This document shows positions 63,124 through 64,000 of a stretch of DNA of 64,000 nucleotides, piece after piece. The notes beneath the pieces were generated by a model. The model did not search any database. It saw only the letters and a list, made by a program, of their open reading frames with translations, and had not been told where the DNA came from. Both the position numbers and the translations under genes were made by a program. The number at the start of each line of letters is the position of its first letter. Within the stretch, counting starts at the first letter, position 1. The DNA is from Bacteroidales bacterium UBA4243 (GTDB lineage Bacteria; Bacteroidota; Bacteroidia; Bacteroidales; F082), in the NCBI GenBank assembly GCA_002396205.1, contig DGXB01000098.1, positions 11,819-75,818 of the forward strand. Reading direction: 5' to 3'.

Positions 63124-63192
63124 CGCGAGACTTCGTGACTCGGGACACGGGACAGTCTCGCGTCGCGTGTCTCGCAGTCCCGTGTCTTTTTT
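63124..63192. other. GC-rich alternative-hairpin element between divergent nif3 and lpxK
   Basis: cgcgagac (63124-63131) pairs with gtctcgcg (63155-63162). gacacgggac (63144-63153) pairs with gtcccgtgtc (63177-63186), followed by T6 on the plus strand. The two pairings are mutually exclusive, and gtctcgc occurs twice. Confidence 0.5.
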
Positions 63193-63205
63193 CTGAAATT
63201 TGGCT

Positions 63206-63213
63206 CAAAAATA
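63206..63213 (-). promoter_or_regulatory. -7 box TATTTTTG (nif3 / zinc-ribbon operon)
   Basis: Minus-strand match, 93 nt upstream of ATG 63112. The leader would contain the GC-rich hairpin element. Confidence 0.4.
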
Positions 63214-63225
63214 GCGAAAAATCCG

Positions 63226-63233
63226 TAATTTTG
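63226..63233 (+). promoter_or_regulatory. -7 box TAATTTTG (lpxK)
   Basis: Match located 9 nt before ATG 63243, which implies a near-leaderless mRNA. Confidence 0.45.
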
Positions 63234-63242
63234 ACCCCCAGA

Positions 63243-64000
63243 ATGCGAATTTTACTTTTACCCATAGCGTTAATCTATCATATCATCCTGATTATCAGGC
63301 ACAAACTTTATGATTGGCACATCCTGAAATCGTGGCGTTTCGATGAGCCGCTGATTTGCGTGGGCAACCTCAACCTTGGCGGGACAGGGAAATCGCCGCA
63401 CACCGAATATCTAGCTCGATTGCTGAAAAATGAGTTTAGCGTGGCCATCGTCAGTCGCGGTTATGGAAGGAAAACCAAAGGATTCAAGCGGGTGGACAGC
63501 ACTTGCACCTATGAAGATGTGGGCGACGAGCCGCTGCAATATTTCAAGAAATTCCCCGACGTCCGGATTGGCGTCGACGAAGACCGCGTTGAGGGTGTCG
63601 AGAAGATACTTTCGGGCTTGGGAATCAACAAAGTCATCCTCTTGGATGATGCCTTCCAGCATCGCCACATCAGACCGGGATTCAACATCTTACTCACTGA
63701 ATACGAACATCTTTACACAAAAGACTTCCTCTTTCCTGCCGGCACTTTGCGCGACCTGAAGTCAGCTGCCAAACGCGCCGACTTCATCGTTGTGAGCAAG
63801 TCGCCGAAAGACTTGGACGAGAACAAGAAAAAGGAAATCATCGCCCAGCTGAAGCCGCTGCCAAGTCAAAAGGTGTTCTTTTCCTATTTGGAATACAACG
63901 ACCTGCAGCCTTTGAACGCCGCTGCTGAGAATTTTGATGCCAACGATGCAGACACTGCCTTGCTCTTCTGCGGAATCGCAAATCCCAAACCATTGATAAA
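63243..64000 (+). CDS. lpxK: Tetraacyldisaccharide 4'-kinase (partial, runs off the right edge)
   Basis: Own translation from ATG 63243: MRILLLPIALIYHIILIIRHKLYDWHILKSWRFDEPLICVGNLNLGGTGKSPHTEYLARLL...SRGYGRKTKGF...LLDDAFQH. These are the LpxK P-loop and signature. It is not in the ORF track because there is no stop in the window. Confidence 0.9.
   Translation, partial: MRILLLPIALIYHIILIIRHKLYDWHILKSWRFDEPLICVGNLNLGGTGKSPHTEYLARLLKNEFSVAIVSRGYGRKTKGFKRVDSTCTYEDVGDEPLQYFKKFPDVRIGVDEDRVEGVEKILSGLGINKVILLDDAFQHRHIRPGFNILLTEYEHLYTKDFLFPAGTLRDLKSAAKRADFIVVSKSPKDLDENKKKEIIAQLKPLPSQKVFFSYLEYNDLQPLNAAAENFDANDADTALLFCGIANPKPLI

Overview
This 64-kb window reads as chromosomal DNA from a Bacteroidota genome, probably Bacteroidales and Prevotella-like. 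That placement is an inference from three things: recurrent TAnnTTTG -7 promoter boxes 10-45 nt upstream of start codons, no Shine-Dalgarno signals, and the gene content. I ran no searches, so all family names come from motif recognition in the translated ORFs.

Most of the window is housekeeping:
- dprA (partial), lepA, a RelA/SpoT homologue, fur and purA
- tRNA-Gln followed by rimP-nusA-infB
- lgt, parA-parB, dapB, lepB and ftsK
- lolA-like, exbB-exbD-tonB, folC, mazG, nif3, and lpxK (partial)

Several envelope and glycan modules sit between these genes:
- a CsgG-like/DUF4810/DUF799 lipoprotein operon fused to a DUF2723 GT-C membrane protein
- an ECF sigma/anti-sigma pair next to a GIN-domain/beta-barrel fusion
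- a GH2 beta-mannosidase, cutC and GH20 hexosaminidase locus
- a tricorn-like S41 protease
- a four-gene outer-membrane cluster containing an extreme low-complexity lipoprotein

There are three small islets that look AT-richer by eye:
- 7733-11850: a DUF262(ParB-like)-HNH nuclease transcribed behind an EcoRI-family m6A methyltransferase. The methyltransferase leader folds into a 110-nt rod-like RNA. A divergent AAA/DUF4143 ATPase follows, with its promoter bracketed by palindromic repeats.
- 39906-40701: a HepT/MntA toxin-antitoxin pair.
- 47729-48397: a HigB/HigA pair.

The intergenic DNA is rich in short structured repeat families:
- a 28-bp GTAGAGACG...CGTCTCTAC palindrome (4 copies)
- a roughly 48-nt bipartite double hairpin (4 copies, one inside the rimP-nusA spacer)
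- GGATTTGCAATCC hairpins
- a MITE-like element
- a heptamer tandem array that starts in the fur stop codon

I saw no CRISPR array, rRNA, transposase or integrase. The best candidate for something new is the nuclease/methyltransferase/leader-RNA islet. It is a hypothesis, not a demonstrated system.
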